A DNA stretch of 64,000 nt. Source: an uncultured Acidobacteriota bacterium (GTDB taxonomy: Bacteria; Acidobacteriota; Terriglobia; Terriglobales; Acidobacteriaceae). The notes under the pieces are model-generated. The model was not told the DNA's origin, did no database searches, and saw only the letters and a list, made by a program, of their open reading frames with translations. The stretch is taken from contig CAVWYG010000006.1 of the NCBI GenBank assembly GCA_963759215.1, forward strand, positions 1,243,146-1,307,145, read 5' to 3'. The translations under genes and the position numbers were made by a program. This document shows, in pieces, positions 1-10,834 of the stretch. Positions within the stretch are counted from its first letter, which is position 1. Each line of letters begins with the position of its first letter.

Positions 1-331
1 ATCTCGTCGCGGTAGCGCTCGACGAGACAGCCGGTAACAATGAGTTTGCGCGCGCGGCCATGAGTCTTGTGCTCGGCCATCTCGAGGATGGTATCGACGG
101 ACTCCTGCTTGGCGGTGTCGATGAACGAGCAGGTGTTGACGACGATGATGTCGGCGTCTTCGGCGCGGGCGGTGATCTCGGCCCCGTTGGCGGAGAGCAT
201 GCCCATCATGACCTCGGAGTCCACGAGGTTTTTGGGACAGCCGAGGCTGACGAAGCCGATGCGCAGACGCGGCGCGGGCTGGGCGGATTGAGTGATCTGA
301 TTAAGGGGCGCGGTACTGCTGTTGATGGACA
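1..331 (-). CDS. rimO: ribosomal protein S12 methylthiotransferase RimO, N-terminal part (gene continues beyond window start)
   Basis: Reverse translation from 331 gives MSINSS...[19 protein letters not shown]...[15 protein letters not shown], the MTTase N-terminal domain signature of RimO/MiaB. Confidence 0.8.
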
Positions 332-391
332 TTCCTGAAGCTATTTTAACAGCAGTCGGGCGGGTGGACAAATTGCAGGTGCGCAGGGGGA

Positions 392-1201
392 TCAGGAGTG
401 GGTGAGGAGAAGAACTCCGCAGCAGACGAAGATGGTGGCGATCCAGCGGCGGCGGTCCACGTTCTCATGCAGGAAGAACTTGGCGGCGAGGGCATTGGTG
501 ACAAAGGTGAGCGCGGCCGAGGCCGGGCCCATCAGGCTGAGGTCCGCCCAGGAGAGGCCGACGAGGTTGCTGAAAAAGGCCATGGCCATGAAGAAGATGC
601 CGGCAAAGAGCGCTCCGCTGGAGAGCACGCGGGCGATTACCGCAAACGAAGCCATGATTGCGGCGGAATTGGCCGAGGTCGCCGATGCGGCGCATGGCCA
701 GCGCGATGAGAACGTCTCCAGCGGCGGCGGCGCAGACCGTGGAGAAGATGCAGATCCAGGTGTAAAGGTTCCTCATACGCTGTTCCTGCATCGAGCTGGT
801 ATTGGAGACCTCGGTGGGTGGATGCTCGGTGCGGGACGGGCCGCCGGCGACGAGGCCGACGCCGAGCGGTGATGAGCACAATGCCGGCCCAGCGTTGCGG
901 GCTGACGTGCTCATGCAGCCAGAAGTGGCCGAGCAGGGCCATGAACACATAGCCGATGGAGGTGGCGGGAAGGACGTAGGTGAGATCGGCGAAGGAGAGC
1001 GCGGTCATGTAGCTGGACATGAAAGCCGAGCAGGCAGAAGATTCCGAAGATGACCCAGGGATTGGCAAGGGCGCGAAAGACGTGAGCGAGATGGTGAACG
1101 TCGATGGCGCCGACATCTTTCATGCCGCGCGCCAGAAAGGAGTCTCCGGCGGAGCCGAAGACGACGATGGAGAGTAGCACGAGGTATTTGCGAAGCGTCA
1201 A
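392..1201 (-). pseudogene. EamA/DMT family transporter, split over three reading frames (two frameshifts)
   Basis: The N-terminal piece MTLRKYLVLLSIVVFGSAGD (ORF 911-1201), the middle piece (637-1116) and the C-terminal piece (392-655) are all hydrophobic EamA-like segments lying in different frames. Confidence 0.55.
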
Positions 1202-1259
1202 AATGCGTTTCCTGACTGGTGGTATAGAGCAAGCTTAACAGCAAGCAAAGCTGATTCTA

Positions 1260-2564
1260 TTGGCTGATTTCTATTTATTGCCGAGGGCCCAGGCGTGCAA
1301 CTCGCCGGTCTGGCGGAGAAGCTGGAGTTGGGCGCGGAAGTACTCGAACTGGCTCTGGAGCAAGGCGACCTGCAGGTTGGCGACATCGGCGCGGGCCAGT
1401 TCCTCGTCGCGGGCATTGGCATGGCCGTTCTGCTACCTGGAGTTGCACGGCATCGATGTTGGCCTGCGCGACCTCATACTCAAGGCGGGTGACCTTGGCT
1501 GGAGGCCTCCAACTGGCGGATGGTGTGCTGGGCGCTGACGGCTTCGGCTGCCACCTGATCGCGGGCTAGTCTGGGCATCGGCTTCGGCGCGGAGGGCGTC
1601 GGCGTCGGCGGCGGCGGCGTTGGCGTTCTGGGCGAGGTTGAGGATGGGAATCCGGAGGTTGATGCCGAAGCTGTAGCTTCGTGCGAAAATTGTTGGTAGT
1701 ACTGCGAATAATTGTTGAAGGTGGCGTACTGGTCGTACTGTCCGGCAAAGTCGATGGAAGGATAGTTCATCTTGTGCTCGGCGCGGGCGCGATCGTGGGC
1801 GGCGCGGACGTGCTCATCGGCGACGCGAACGCTGGCGGAGTTGGCGAGCGCAACCGAGGCAAGATCGTCCGCCGGCAGACAGGGCGGGCGCAGCAGGGAA
1901 TGGAGGCGCTTACGGTTTCCAGGGTTGCGGGCGAGCGGCCGATGGTGCGTCCGAGGCGCTCGCGGAGCACGTCGAGATTGGTTTCCAACTCGGCGATGCG
2001 AAGATCGACGCGGGCGGAATCGAGTTCGGCGCGCTTGCTGTCCAGCACGCTGCCGACGCCCTCCTGCTGGCGCTGCTGCGCGATGTAGAGGGCGCGGTCC
2101 ACGGCCTGCCTTTTGCTGCTGAGCGGCGGTGAGGCGCTGCTGGGTGTTATCGAGCTCGATGTAGAGCAGGGAAGTATCGAGGATGACCTGTTCGGTGCGG
2201 TCCAGCGTAGTCGATGTTTGCGGCGAGGGAGTCACTGTGGGCGGCCTTGATGGACTCGCGAGTGGCGAAGTTCAGCACGGTCTGGTCGTGGGTGACGTTG
2301 AAGAGCGAGGGAGCTTGTCCGGCGATGGCGACAGGCGCTCCAAAGTTGTAACCGAGGCCGGAGCCGAAGACCACGGTCGGGATGTAGGCGTAGCGTTCGG
2401 CGCGGTAGCGCGCGGCGGCGCGTGCGCGGTCGGCGGAGGCCGCAACGCATGACGCCACTGTGCTTGAGGGCCAGTTCGATGGCCGGACGGAACTCGACGG
2501 ACTGGGCATGGAGGGGCAGCGCGGCCATGATCAGCAGCAGCGGTATCAGTAACCCCATCAGCAA
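1260..2564 (-). pseudogene. TolC-family outer membrane efflux protein, at least three frameshifts
   Basis: Signal peptide MLMGLLIPLLLIMAALPLHAQ at 2564. TolC-like segments (YIPTVVFGSGLGYNF, LDSARVDLRIAELETNLDVLRERL) are scattered over ORFs 2147-2509, 1767-2102 and 1480-2235 in different frames. Confidence 0.6.
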
Positions 2565-2639
2565 CTGATGGCGATAGGGGAGTCCGGAGTTTTGGAGAGC
2601 TTGTTCTCGTCATGGTTCGGTCGTAGTCCTCCGCAAGCG

Positions 2640-3665
2640 GCGCGGCTCTAGCGTTGCCCAGGCGGCGGAGAGACTCCGCCGCGGGGCGATAAGAACTGGC
2701 CAAGGCAAGCGCGGCCCTGAATTCGGCGGCGGCCTGGCCGGCGTCTCCACTCTTAAGCAGAATCTCGCCGAGCAGAAAGTGAGCGCGAAAGAGCGGGGCT
2801 GCCTCCTCGGTGTGGCCGCCCTGAATATAGGCGCGCATCTGTTGCGCGGCCAAGGGAAGATTGCGTTTGGTGATCAGAAGCAGCTCGGCGGCGTCGTAAT
2901 GGTCGGTGGGCTGGATGCTGGTGGAGTGGACTGCCTGCTCGACGGCCTGCTGGAAGCGCTCCCAATTCTTGCGCCCACGCAAGATAACGGGCCAGATCGA
3001 GATAGGCGCCGGCAGATTCATGATTGAGGCGGATGGTCTCGTTGTACTCGTATTCGGCCTGCTCGTGATGGCCCTGATTGGCGGCAACCATAGCGCGAAC
3101 CCAGGCGGCATCGGCGGGATGCTCGGGAGCCAATTCGGCGGCCAGGGCGAGAGCTTTGTCGCTGCCGCCGCCAACAATGGGAGGCGCGCTGGCATAGTAC
3201 TCGGCGAGGTCGCGCGCGATGGCGAGGCTGTGGCGATCGAGTGAGCGCGCAGTGATAAAGGAAGCCACGGTTTTGCGTGCCAGCGGGTAGGCGATAAGCA
3301 GGTTCGACAGCGTTCGCCTTTTCGCCGTAACTGCGGCCGAGCCAGAGCTGGAAGGCCGCGTTACCGGGATCAAGCTGGGTGGCGCGCTCGCAGTGTTGCA
3401 CCGCATTGTCCCAGTCACCCAGGGAGAAGTAGACACGGCAAAGATAGTTGAACGCCGCGGCATTGTTTCCCGCTGCCTGCGGAGTGAGCATGCGGAGTGC
3501 GTCGTCAGCGCGTCCGGCATCGAGCAGCTCGTGGGGACTGGGGGCGGCACGGGCGGCAAGCGGCAGGAGCAGCGTACATCCCAGCAGAAGACCCAGCAGC
3601 GAGCGGCCGACCGGAGGAAGCCGGCACAAGGGACCGCGGCTCTTTCGGATCATTATTCGGATCAT
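2640..3665 (-). pseudogene. TPR-repeat protein with N-terminal signal peptide, frameshifted; the 3' end is uncertain
   Basis: The N-terminus (ORF 3018-3665) is MIRKSRGP..LLLPLAARAAP followed by TPR-like repeats. Continuation in ORFs 2753-3559 and 2272-3195 lies in other frames. Confidence 0.45.
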
Positions 3666-4926
3666 TACGAAGGATTCTCGACGTTGATCTTTACCTCGAC
3701 GCCATCCGACATGGGCGTGGGACTGTATGACTGGAGGGCGACGACATCGCCGTCGGAGATGCCGCTGAGGATTTCGACCCTGGTCAAATTGGAGATGCCG
3801 AGCGTCAAATCGCGGCGGTGCAGGTGATCGCCCTGGAGGACGTAGACGTAGCTGTGGCCGTTGTCCTCACGCACCGCTTCGCGGGGTACGGTAAGAGCAT
3901 TTTCCTTACTGTTGGCAATGATTGTGGTGTTCACGTTTATGTTCGGCAGCAGCAGGTGCTCGGAGTTATCGACCTTGCAAAGGACCTCGGCGACGACTCG
4001 GGAGCCGCGGTTGACGACGGTGGAGGGCAGACTGGCGACGGTACCCTGCCAGGAGTGTCCGGGCATCGCGTCCCAAGTAATCTTAACGATTTGTCCGATG
4101 GCCAGGCGGCCGATTTCGGGCTCGTCCACGAAGGCGCGAACTTGCAGCTGCGAAAGGTCGGCCTCCTGCAACAGCAGGTCTCCAATGTTGACCCAGGCGC
4201 CGACGCGGGCCGGCAGGAAGTAGACGGTACCATCAAAGGGAGCGCGGATATTGCACTTGCGGATGGTCTCCTCGGCGAGGTTGACGCTGGCCTTGGCATC
4301 GGCGATTTCCGATTGCGCGCGCGCCTGCTCGTCGGGCGAGTAGCGGACCTGCGATTGAAGCTGGGTGAGGTCGGCCTTGGCGCGGTCGAGACGATCGCGG
4401 GCGGCAGCTACTTCGTCCGGGGTGGCGGCACCGCGCTGCTGCAGCCGTTCGAGGGCCGAGAGCTGGCGTTGCGCCGCGTCGCGCTCGGTGGTTGCCTTCT
4501 GCAGGTCGGCGCTGCGCAGCAGTAACTGCTGGTGACTGCCGCCGGCCATCAGGTCGTTATATCTCTCCTGCGCTCCTTTGAGGCGGGTGAGCGCGGTGGC
4601 AAGGTCGCCGCGGGCGCGGGTGTCGTCCAGCACGAGCAGCAACTGCCCGGACTTTACTTGTGCGCCTTCTTTGACCAGGATTTGTTGCACCGTGCCGGAG
4701 AGCGGGGCATGGGCTTCAAAGCCGTGAATGGGTTCGACCTTTCCATTGGTGGTAATGGAGCTGGAGACTTCCTGACGCACGGGCTTGACGACCGAGATGC
4801 GGATGCGATGAGGGCGAAGCTCAATGTAGGTCCCGAGTCCGACTATAAAAATCAGAAGGATGACCAGCATTGTGATCCAAGTTCGGCGAGCTCCGCCGAG
4901 CGAGCTGTTTAACGTTCCGTTAGCCA
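3665..4926 (-). CDS. efflux transporter periplasmic adaptor subunit (HlyD/MacA family)
   Basis: Intact 420-aa ORF starting MANGTLNSS, with a TM anchor, a long coiled-coil (RLKGAQERYNDL...RDRLDRAKADL) and beta-barrel/lipoyl motifs typical of membrane-fusion proteins. The upstream ORF extension is probably not translated. Confidence 0.8.
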
Positions 4927-5156
4927 TGAGTAAGGTTTCAGTATATCTGACCGAAGGGCTCTGATTGTTTCCAGAGTAGGAGCCTGGTTGCAGATTTTGC
5001 AAGTTAGTGGATTGGATTCGCAAGTCGAAACGCCCTGCGGGAGGTATTCGCGCGGAATGATGGTGCGGCTGGTGACGCGGAAACAAAAAGAATCATCGAA
5101 GAACGGAGACGCGAAATTCAAGGAAGCAGGATATCTGGAGCCAAAAGAAGGCGCAG

Positions 5157-6119
5157 GTGGTGGTGATTCTGATGAGCGCAAAACAATGGGTTGGCGTTTT
5201 TAAGGGCGCAATTGTAGATGCGGACCGGAATCATACGCTGGCGTTTGCAGCGGGACTTTCCTACTACTTCGTGCTGAGCCTGTTTCCGGCACTGATTGCC
5301 TTTTCAGCCGTGATAGGGTTTCTGCCGATACCCGACCCATTCAATCAGATACTAACGCTGATGGGCCGTTTTGTGCCCGCCGACAGCATGGGAGTGGTGC
5401 GCCATGTTGTGCGCGACGTGATTAGCCCTCATCGCGGAGCACTGCTGTCGTTTGGACTGATCGGGGCACTGTGGACGGCTTCGAGCGGCTTTGCCGGGGT
5501 CATTGAAGCACTCGACGTGGCGTACAACGTGCCGGAGACGCGTCCGTATTGGAAGACGCGCGGGCTGGCCCTGCTTTTGACCTTCCTGGTAGGCGGGCTG
5601 CTGCTGGTGGCGCTGGGAATGATGCTGGTGGGCCCGAGGTTTGGCGAATGGGTGGCAGGAGTGCTGCACCTGAGCTTCCTGTGGGCGCGGGTTTGGCCAG
5701 TAGTGCGCTGGGCGGTTTCCGGGGCCTTCATCGTGCTTGCAGTGGAGATCCTGTATTTTCTGGCGCCGAATGTGAAGCAGCGCTTTCGTCATACCCTGGT
5801 CGGCGCGGTCTTCGCGGTTGCGGCGTGGCTCGTACTCTCCTATGCGCTGGGAATCTACTTTCAACATTTTGCGAACTTAAATCGCACGTACGGGGCGCTG
5901 GGTGGGGGCATCGCGCTGATGACATGGTTGTACTGGAGTTCGTTCGTGATCCTGCTGGGGGCGGAGATCAATGGTGAAGTGCTGCAGGCAAGCGGAGACG
6001 GAACGCTGCCGCTCAAGCAGGCTCCGCCGGAGAAGGTAAAGCCGAAGACACTGCCGGAGAGCGACGTCGCGGTACGTAGGTCGCCCCATTCGCCAAATGC
6101 GGGCGGTCGGCTAGAATAG
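5157..6119 (+). CDS. YihY/BrkB family inner-membrane protein
   Basis: Family-typical motifs LAFAAGLSYYFVLSLFPALIAF...LMTWLYWSSFVILLGAEIN; GTG start at 5157 or ATG at 5172. Confidence 0.8.
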   Translation: MVVILMSAKQWVGVFKGAIVDADRNHTLAFAAGLSYYFVLSLFPALIAFSAVIGFLPIPDPFNQILTLMGRFVPADSMGVVRHVVRDVISPHRGALLSFGLIGALWTASSGFAGVIEALDVAYNVPETRPYWKTRGLALLLTFLVGGLLLVALGMMLVGPRFGEWVAGVLHLSFLWARVWPVVRWAVSGAFIVLAVEILYFLAPNVKQRFRHTLVGAVFAVAAWLVLSYALGIYFQHFANLNRTYGALGGGIALMTWLYWSSFVILLGAEINGEVLQASGDGTLPLKQAPPEKVKPKTLPESDVAVRRSPHSPNAGGRLE

Positions 6120-6123
6120 CCGG

Positions 6124-6561
6124 ATGGCTACGAAGAAGAAATCCGCATCGGAATCCGCACACCAGGGCGCGACGCGGCTGGGCTACACGCCGGACCACGC
6201 CGCCAGTGGACTGGATCACAACTTTCCAGCGATTGAGTGCTGGCCCAACCAGTTTCCCAGCTACGTCATCGAAATCGACATCCCTGAATTTACCTCGGTG
6301 TGTCCGAAGACGGGACTGCCGGACTTTGGCACCGTGTGGATTCGCTACGTGCCCGGCAAGTTCTGCCTGGAGCTGAAGTCACTGAAGGAATACATCAACG
6401 AATACCGCAACCTTGGAATCTTCCAGGAAAACATTGTGAACCAGATTCTTGAGGATGTGGTGAAGGCCGCCAAGCCGGTGTGGTGCGAGGTTCGCGGACA
6501 GTTCCGGCCGCGCGGCGGGCTGGGGACGCTGGTGGAGGCGCGCTGGCCGAGAACGAAGTGA
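6124..6561 (+). CDS. queF: NADPH-dependent 7-cyano-7-deazaguanine reductase (unimodular QueF)
   Basis: Catalytic Cys in SVCPKTGLPDFGTV and the ELKSLKEYINEYR motif; 145 aa. Confidence 0.85.
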   Translation: MATKKKSASESAHQGATRLGYTPDHAASGLDHNFPAIECWPNQFPSYVIEIDIPEFTSVCPKTGLPDFGTVWIRYVPGKFCLELKSLKEYINEYRNLGIFQENIVNQILEDVVKAAKPVWCEVRGQFRPRGGLGTLVEARWPRTK

Positions 6562-6584
6562 AACAGCGTGGGCCTACGCATCCG

Positions 6585-6619
6585 CACATCTGCTAGAGGC
6601 AAAGGCGACAGATGTGGGG
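6585..6619. repeat. palindromic hairpin element CACATCTGC...CAGATGTGGGG (short member of the repeat family)
   Basis: Inverted repeat read directly; related copies at 9224-9254, 17970-18000 and 18720-18733. Confidence 0.6.
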
Positions 6620-6628
6620 CAGCGGCCG

Positions 6629-7870
6629 ATGAGACGCTGGGCGACGACGGCGCTGGTGATCCTGACGGCGCTGAACTTTGTGAATTACATCGACCGCTCG
6701 GTGCTGTTTGCCGTGCAGCCGCTGGTGCAGCACGAATTTCCGGGCTCGGATGCAAAGTTCGGGCTGCTGACCACGGCGTTCTTCTTCTGCTACATGCTGA
6801 CGGCTCCTCTGACCGGGTGGCTGGCGGACCGCCATTCGCGCCGCTTGATCATGTGCGTAGGGGCACTGATCTGGTCTGCGGCAACGCTGCTGACGGCGGT
6901 GACGCACAACTTCACCGAGCTGATGATTCGGCACACGCTGGTGGGAGTAGGCGAGGCGACGTTTGTTGCCATCGCACCATCGTTTCTCTCCGACCTGCAT
7001 CCGGAATACCGGCGGGGCAGAGTGCTGGCGGTTTTCTACCTGGCGATACCGGTGGGAACGGCCTTGGGATACTTGCTGGGTGGAGCGCTGGCGGAACGCT
7101 GGGGCTGGCGCGCACCGTTCCTGGTGGGCGCGGTGCCGGGGGCGCTACTGGGAGTGTTGTTGCTGCTGGTTCCTGAGCCTGAGCGCGGAGCGCAAGACCG
7201 GCTGGCGGTCACCTTAGAGCGAGGAACCTTCCTGGGACTGTGGCGCAATCCGGCGTTCTGGAGCGCGACGCTGGGGATGGCGATGATGACCTTTGCGGTG
7301 GGCGGGATGCAGGTGTGGATGCCGACATTTCTTACACGCATCCGGGGAGTTCCGCTGGCTACGGCGAATCTGCGCTTCGGATTGATGACGCTGGCGGCGG
7401 GGATTCTGGCGACCATGTTGGGAGGATGGCTGGGCGACCGGATGGAAGCAAGGAAACGTGGCGGACATTGCCTGATCTCCGCGATTGGAATGACGCTGGC
7501 ATTGCCCGCGGTGCTGCTGGCGGTGTTTCACGCGGGCTCGTGGATGTATCCGGCGATTTTTCTGGGCGAGTTTTTCCTGCTGCTGAATACGGCTCCGCTG
7601 AATGCGGCGATTCTGAATTCGGTTTCGGCGCCGATTCGCTCAACGGCCTTTGCGGTAAATATCTTCACTATTCATCTGCTGGGCGATGCGTTCTCGCCGA
7701 GCCTGATGGGCTATATCTCCGACCGGAGCAATATGCAGATGGCGTTTGTGGCGGCGTCGGCGGCGATTGCGCTTTCGGCGGGAGTGCTGTTTTTCGGAGT
7801 GCGATACGCCCCGCAGCTTCCACAGGGAGATTCAGCACAAGAAAATTCAGTGCAGGGAGATGAGGCGTGA
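6629..7870 (+). CDS. MFS transporter (Spinster-like)
   Basis: 12-TM MFS protein with an LADRHSRR-type motif. The ORF track starts at a GTG at 6614 inside the hairpin repeat; ATG at 6629 is more likely. Confidence 0.75.
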   Translation: MRRWATTALVILTALNFVNYIDRSVLFAVQPLVQHEFPGSDAKFGLLTTAFFFCYMLTAPLTGWLADRHSRRLIMCVGALIWSAATLLTAVTHNFTELMIRHTLVGVGEATFVAIAPSFLSDLHPEYRRGRVLAVFYLAIPVGTALGYLLGGALAERWGWRAPFLVGAVPGALLGVLLLLVPEPERGAQDRLAVTLERGTFLGLWRNPAFWSATLGMAMMTFAVGGMQVWMPTFLTRIRGVPLATANLRFGLMTLAAGILATMLGGWLGDRMEARKRGGHCLISAIGMTLALPAVLLAVFHAGSWMYPAIFLGEFFLLLNTAPLNAAILNSVSAPIRSTAFAVNIFTIHLLGDAFSPSLMGYISDRSNMQMAFVAASAAIALSAGVLFFGVRYAPQLPQGDSAQENSVQGDEA

Positions 7871-9036
7871 GCGCGTGGCATGCGCTGAACCTGCTGGCTG
7901 GAGCGTCGTTGGGTGCGACCTGGCTGTTTTACGCAGGAGCGGCGCGGCGAGGAATGAGGGGGATCGCCGACCTGACGCGGCCTGAATACGCGGTTGCGCC
8001 GGAGACGAAGTTGCCGCGAGTGAGCATCGTGGTTCCGGCACGCAATGAGGCCGGGATGATCGAAATCGCGGTGCGCTCGTTGCTCGCCATTGACTACCCG
8101 GACTACGAACTGGTGGTGGTGGACGATCGCTCGGAGGATGCGACGGGCGAGATTCTGGATCGGCTGAAGGCCGAGCATGGGGCGCGGCTGGGAGTGGTAC
8201 ACGTGCGCGAACTGCCGGCGGGCTGGCTGGGCAAGACTCATGCGATGTGGAGCGCGGCGGAAGCGGCGACCGGCGAGTGGATTCTGTTCAGCGACGGCGA
8301 CGTGCTACACGCGCCCACGGCTCTGCGGCGGGTGGTGCATTACGCCGAGCAGGAGCAGGCCGCGCATATGGCGCTGCTGCCGACGATGGTGATGGAGAGC
8401 GTGGGCGAACGTATGATGATTTCGTTCTTCCAGGCCATGTTCATCTTTGCGAACCGTCCGTGGAAGGTGCGCGACCCGAAGGCGCGGGATGCGATGGGCG
8501 TGGGCGCATTCAACATGGTGCGGCGTACGGCCTATGAAAAGATCGGCACATATCAATCTATGCGGCTGAGCGTGGTGGACGATATGCGCCTGGGAGAAAA
8601 AGTGAAGCAAGCGGGGCTGGCCTCACGGGTGGCCTTTGGCGATGGCATGGTCAATGTGCGCTGGGCGGTGGGGGCGCACGGCGTCGTCCGTAACCTCACG
8701 AAGAACTTCTTTGCCCATCTACGCTACAACCTTACGTTCGCGGTACTGGCGGTATTTGGGCTGCTTTGGCTGCATCTTGGACCGTGGATTGGAACGGTGT
8801 TTGCGACCGGGTGGGCGCGCGTTGGATATGCGGTTGCACTCGGCTGCCTGCTGACGGTGTACGCGGGAATGGGGAAGCGAACGAAGATCGGAGTGGGGTA
8901 CGTGTTGCTGCATCCAGCGGCGAGCGTGGTGATGGTGTTTACGCTGGTGCGCTCCACGGTGCTGACGCTGGCGCGCGGCGGCGTGGAGTGGCGCGGAACG
9001 TTCTATCCGTTGGCGGAGCTGAAGAGAAATCGGTAG
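7867..9036 (+). CDS. family 2 glycosyltransferase (membrane-anchored)
   Basis: PRVSIVVPARNEAGMI...YELVVVDDRSEDAT, a DxD-type GT2 catalytic domain followed by C-terminal TM helices. The start overlaps the MFS stop. Confidence 0.75.
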   Translation: MSAWHALNLLAGASLGATWLFYAGAARRGMRGIADLTRPEYAVAPETKLPRVSIVVPARNEAGMIEIAVRSLLAIDYPDYELVVVDDRSEDATGEILDRLKAEHGARLGVVHVRELPAGWLGKTHAMWSAAEAATGEWILFSDGDVLHAPTALRRVVHYAEQEQAAHMALLPTMVMESVGERMMISFFQAMFIFANRPWKVRDPKARDAMGVGAFNMVRRTAYEKIGTYQSMRLSVVDDMRLGEKVKQAGLASRVAFGDGMVNVRWAVGAHGVVRNLTKNFFAHLRYNLTFAVLAVFGLLWLHLGPWIGTVFATGWARVGYAVALGCLLTVYAGMGKRTKIGVGYVLLHPAASVVMVFTLVRSTVLTLARGGVEWRGTFYPLAELKRNR

Positions 9037-9150
9037 GAACCGGTGTAGCCCGACGCAGTACATCACCTCGAGTACTGATTAGAAAAATGATGGCGGGTTG
9101 AAAAGCTTGGGACCGCGCGGAGGATTTGAGCAGGGCTGGGATCTTTCGCT

Positions 9151-9307
9151 GCGCTCAAGATGACCAGCGTGGAGAAAATGCAAATTCAAGGGCAAAACCA
9201 GGAGCAAAGGCAAAGTCAACTACCCCACATCTGCTAACTACGGCAGATATGGGGCACCAGTTCTGCACCTGCGGTCATTTCGGTTTAACTAGTGCTCAAG
9301 ATGACTC
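9151..9307. mobile_element. MITE-like repeat element flanked by a 12-bp direct repeat GCTCAAGATGAC (9153-9164 and 9294-9305); contains the hairpin CCCCACATCTGC/GCAGATATGGGG at 9224-9254
   Basis: The internal sequence CAAGGGCAAAA...GGAGCAAAGG...TCAACTACCCCAC is shared with the copies at 12853-12965, 14346-14436 and 15078-15168. Confidence 0.5.
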
Positions 9308-9325
9308 TCTAAAAACACCAGCAAG

Positions 9326-9850
9326 CTACCAGGCGCGGGCGCGCTTGCTGGAGGACGAGGCCTTGCCTGTGGCGAAGGGCTTGGACTGAACAGCGTCAAA
9401 CTCCGGTGGCGGATCGCCGGCGGCGACGCGAATCTGCTCTCGGTCCTTTACGAGGATTACGGGATGGCCGCCGCGAGACTCGGTGACATCTCCCATGACG
9501 GCGATGACCTTGCCGCGCAGATAGGAGAGGTCGCCAACATTGCCGCGACTACGTTTGGAGATTACCGCCTGAAATGAGCATTTATTGTTGGGGCAGAGCG
9601 AGAGATGGGTGTTGCCGCTTTTGCGGACGGTGACACGAAAGACCTTTCCCGCAACGCATCCGTGATTGCCGATCAACACCGAGGCGTGCGAAGCGGGAGT
9701 GCACTCCACTTGGAGCCCGCGCAACTGGGAGTCGGCTTTTTGCGCCGATTGTGCCGGGGGTTGCGCGGTGGTAGTGGGAGTGGCGCTCTGCTGGGCGAGG
9801 GCTGGTGTGATGAGCAGCAGAGCGACGCACATAAGCCAGCGTAAGTTCAC
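9326..9850 (-). CDS. secreted hypothetical protein (signal peptide, several Cys)
   Basis: MNLRWLMCVALLLITPALAQ signal peptide. GTG start overlaps the stop of the upstream CMD gene (GTGA overlap). Confidence 0.55.
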   Translation of the reverse strand: MNLRWLMCVALLLITPALAQQSATPTTTAQPPAQSAQKADSQLRGLQVECTPASHASVLIGNHGCVAGKVFRVTVRKSGNTHLSLCPNNKCSFQAVISKRSRGNVGDLSYLRGKVIAVMGDVTESRGGHPVILVKDREQIRVAAGDPPPEFDAVQSKPFATGKASSSSKRARAW

Positions 9851-10374
9851 TTGGTGGGTTCCATTTTGAGCGAATTGTTGAAACGGTTGAAGTAGTTGAA
9901 CAGGCCGATGGCGGCGGCAAGCTCAATGATTTCGCCTTCATCAAAATGCTGGCGCAGTTTGGCCCAGAATTCGTCGTCGATGCCGGTGGAGTCGAGGGTT
10001 TCGCGCTCGGCGAGTTCGAGGGCGGCTTTTTCACGCGGGTTGAAGTCAGAGCGGGTGCGGAAGTTCGCGAGATCGGCAAGCTGTTCCTCGCTCCATCCGT
10101 AGCGGTGCGCGAGCTGGGTGTGGGAGTTGAGGCAGTAGTCGCATTGATTGATTTGCGAGGTGCGAACGATGACGAGTTCCTTGAGTTTGACGCCGATGGT
10201 ACCGGTCTCCATGACGGCGCGGAAGTGCGCGATCATAGTGCGGAGAATCTCCGGGCGGTAGGCGACGGTGCGAAACATATTGGGCACGTTGCCGCGCTCT
10301 TTTTTGTAGTGGTCGAAAATTTCCTTGGCGGACGAGTCGGCCGCTTCGTAGGCGATGGCAGGGATGCGTGGCAT
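9847..10374 (-). CDS. carboxymuconolactone decarboxylase / AhpD-like family protein
   Basis: Conserved CDYCLNSH (AhpD-type CxxC...H) motif; likely start MPRIPAIAYEAAD. Confidence 0.75.
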   Translation of the reverse strand: MPRIPAIAYEAADSSAKEIFDHYKKERGNVPNMFRTVAYRPEILRTMIAHFRAVMETGTIGVKLKELVIVRTSQINQCDYCLNSHTQLAHRYGWSEEQLADLANFRTRSDFNPREKAALELAERETLDSTGIDDEFWAKLRQHFDEGEIIELAAAIGLFNYFNRFNNSLKMEPTK

Positions 10375-10485
10375 GGGAGTATTGTGCGTCCGGTTGGGCG
10401 GCGTGTCCAGTGGGTTGCGCAAGTAAACGGGCGGCCTTGGGAGCCGCCCGTGGTTGGATTGAATGGCCCAGGTTATTAGCTCAGG

Positions 10486-10834
10486 TTACGACTCGAAGGC
10501 GCCGATGGCCGAAGTTTCGTCATCCTGAATGTCAAACACTTTGTACAGCTTTGTAATCTGCAGCAGATCGTGGACCTTCTTGGTAACGTTGATCAGCTTG
10601 AGCTCGCCACCTGCGCCACGAATACTGGTGAAGGCCTTGACCAGTTCGCCGACCCCGGAAGCTATCAACGTAGCTGATGTTGCCGAGATTGAGGACAATT
10701 TTGTTTTGGCCTTGAGCGGAAAGATCCTTCACGGTATCGCGCAGCACGACGCTGCCCTCGCCGAGTGTAATACGCCCGCTGAGATCGACGATAGTGACAC
10801 CCTCTACCTGACGCGAGCTAGCTTTCATCGTCAC
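10486..10834 (-). CDS. STAS-domain anti-sigma-factor antagonist (SpoIIAA-like), one frameshift near 10670
   Basis: N-terminal part MTMKASSRQVEGVTIVDLSGRITLGEG...NLGNISYVDS and C-terminal part GVGELVKAFTSIRGAGGELKLINVTKKVHDLLQITKL lie in adjacent frames. Confidence 0.6.

Noticed and set aside
1480-2235. 251-aa Pro/Arg-rich ORF and many other 60-200-aa ORFs overlapping annotated genes in alternative frames (for example 3818-4525, 16168-16950, 17984-18580, 22270-23064, 28565-29308)
   Set aside because: They show the typical high-GC antisense or alternate-frame ORF pattern (Arg/Ala/Gly/Pro-rich, no motifs) and lie entirely within better-supported genes.
9126-9389. 87-aa ORF covering the MITE-like element at 9151-9307
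   Set aside because: It is encoded almost entirely by the repeat element and its flanking direct repeats, so it is most likely non-coding.
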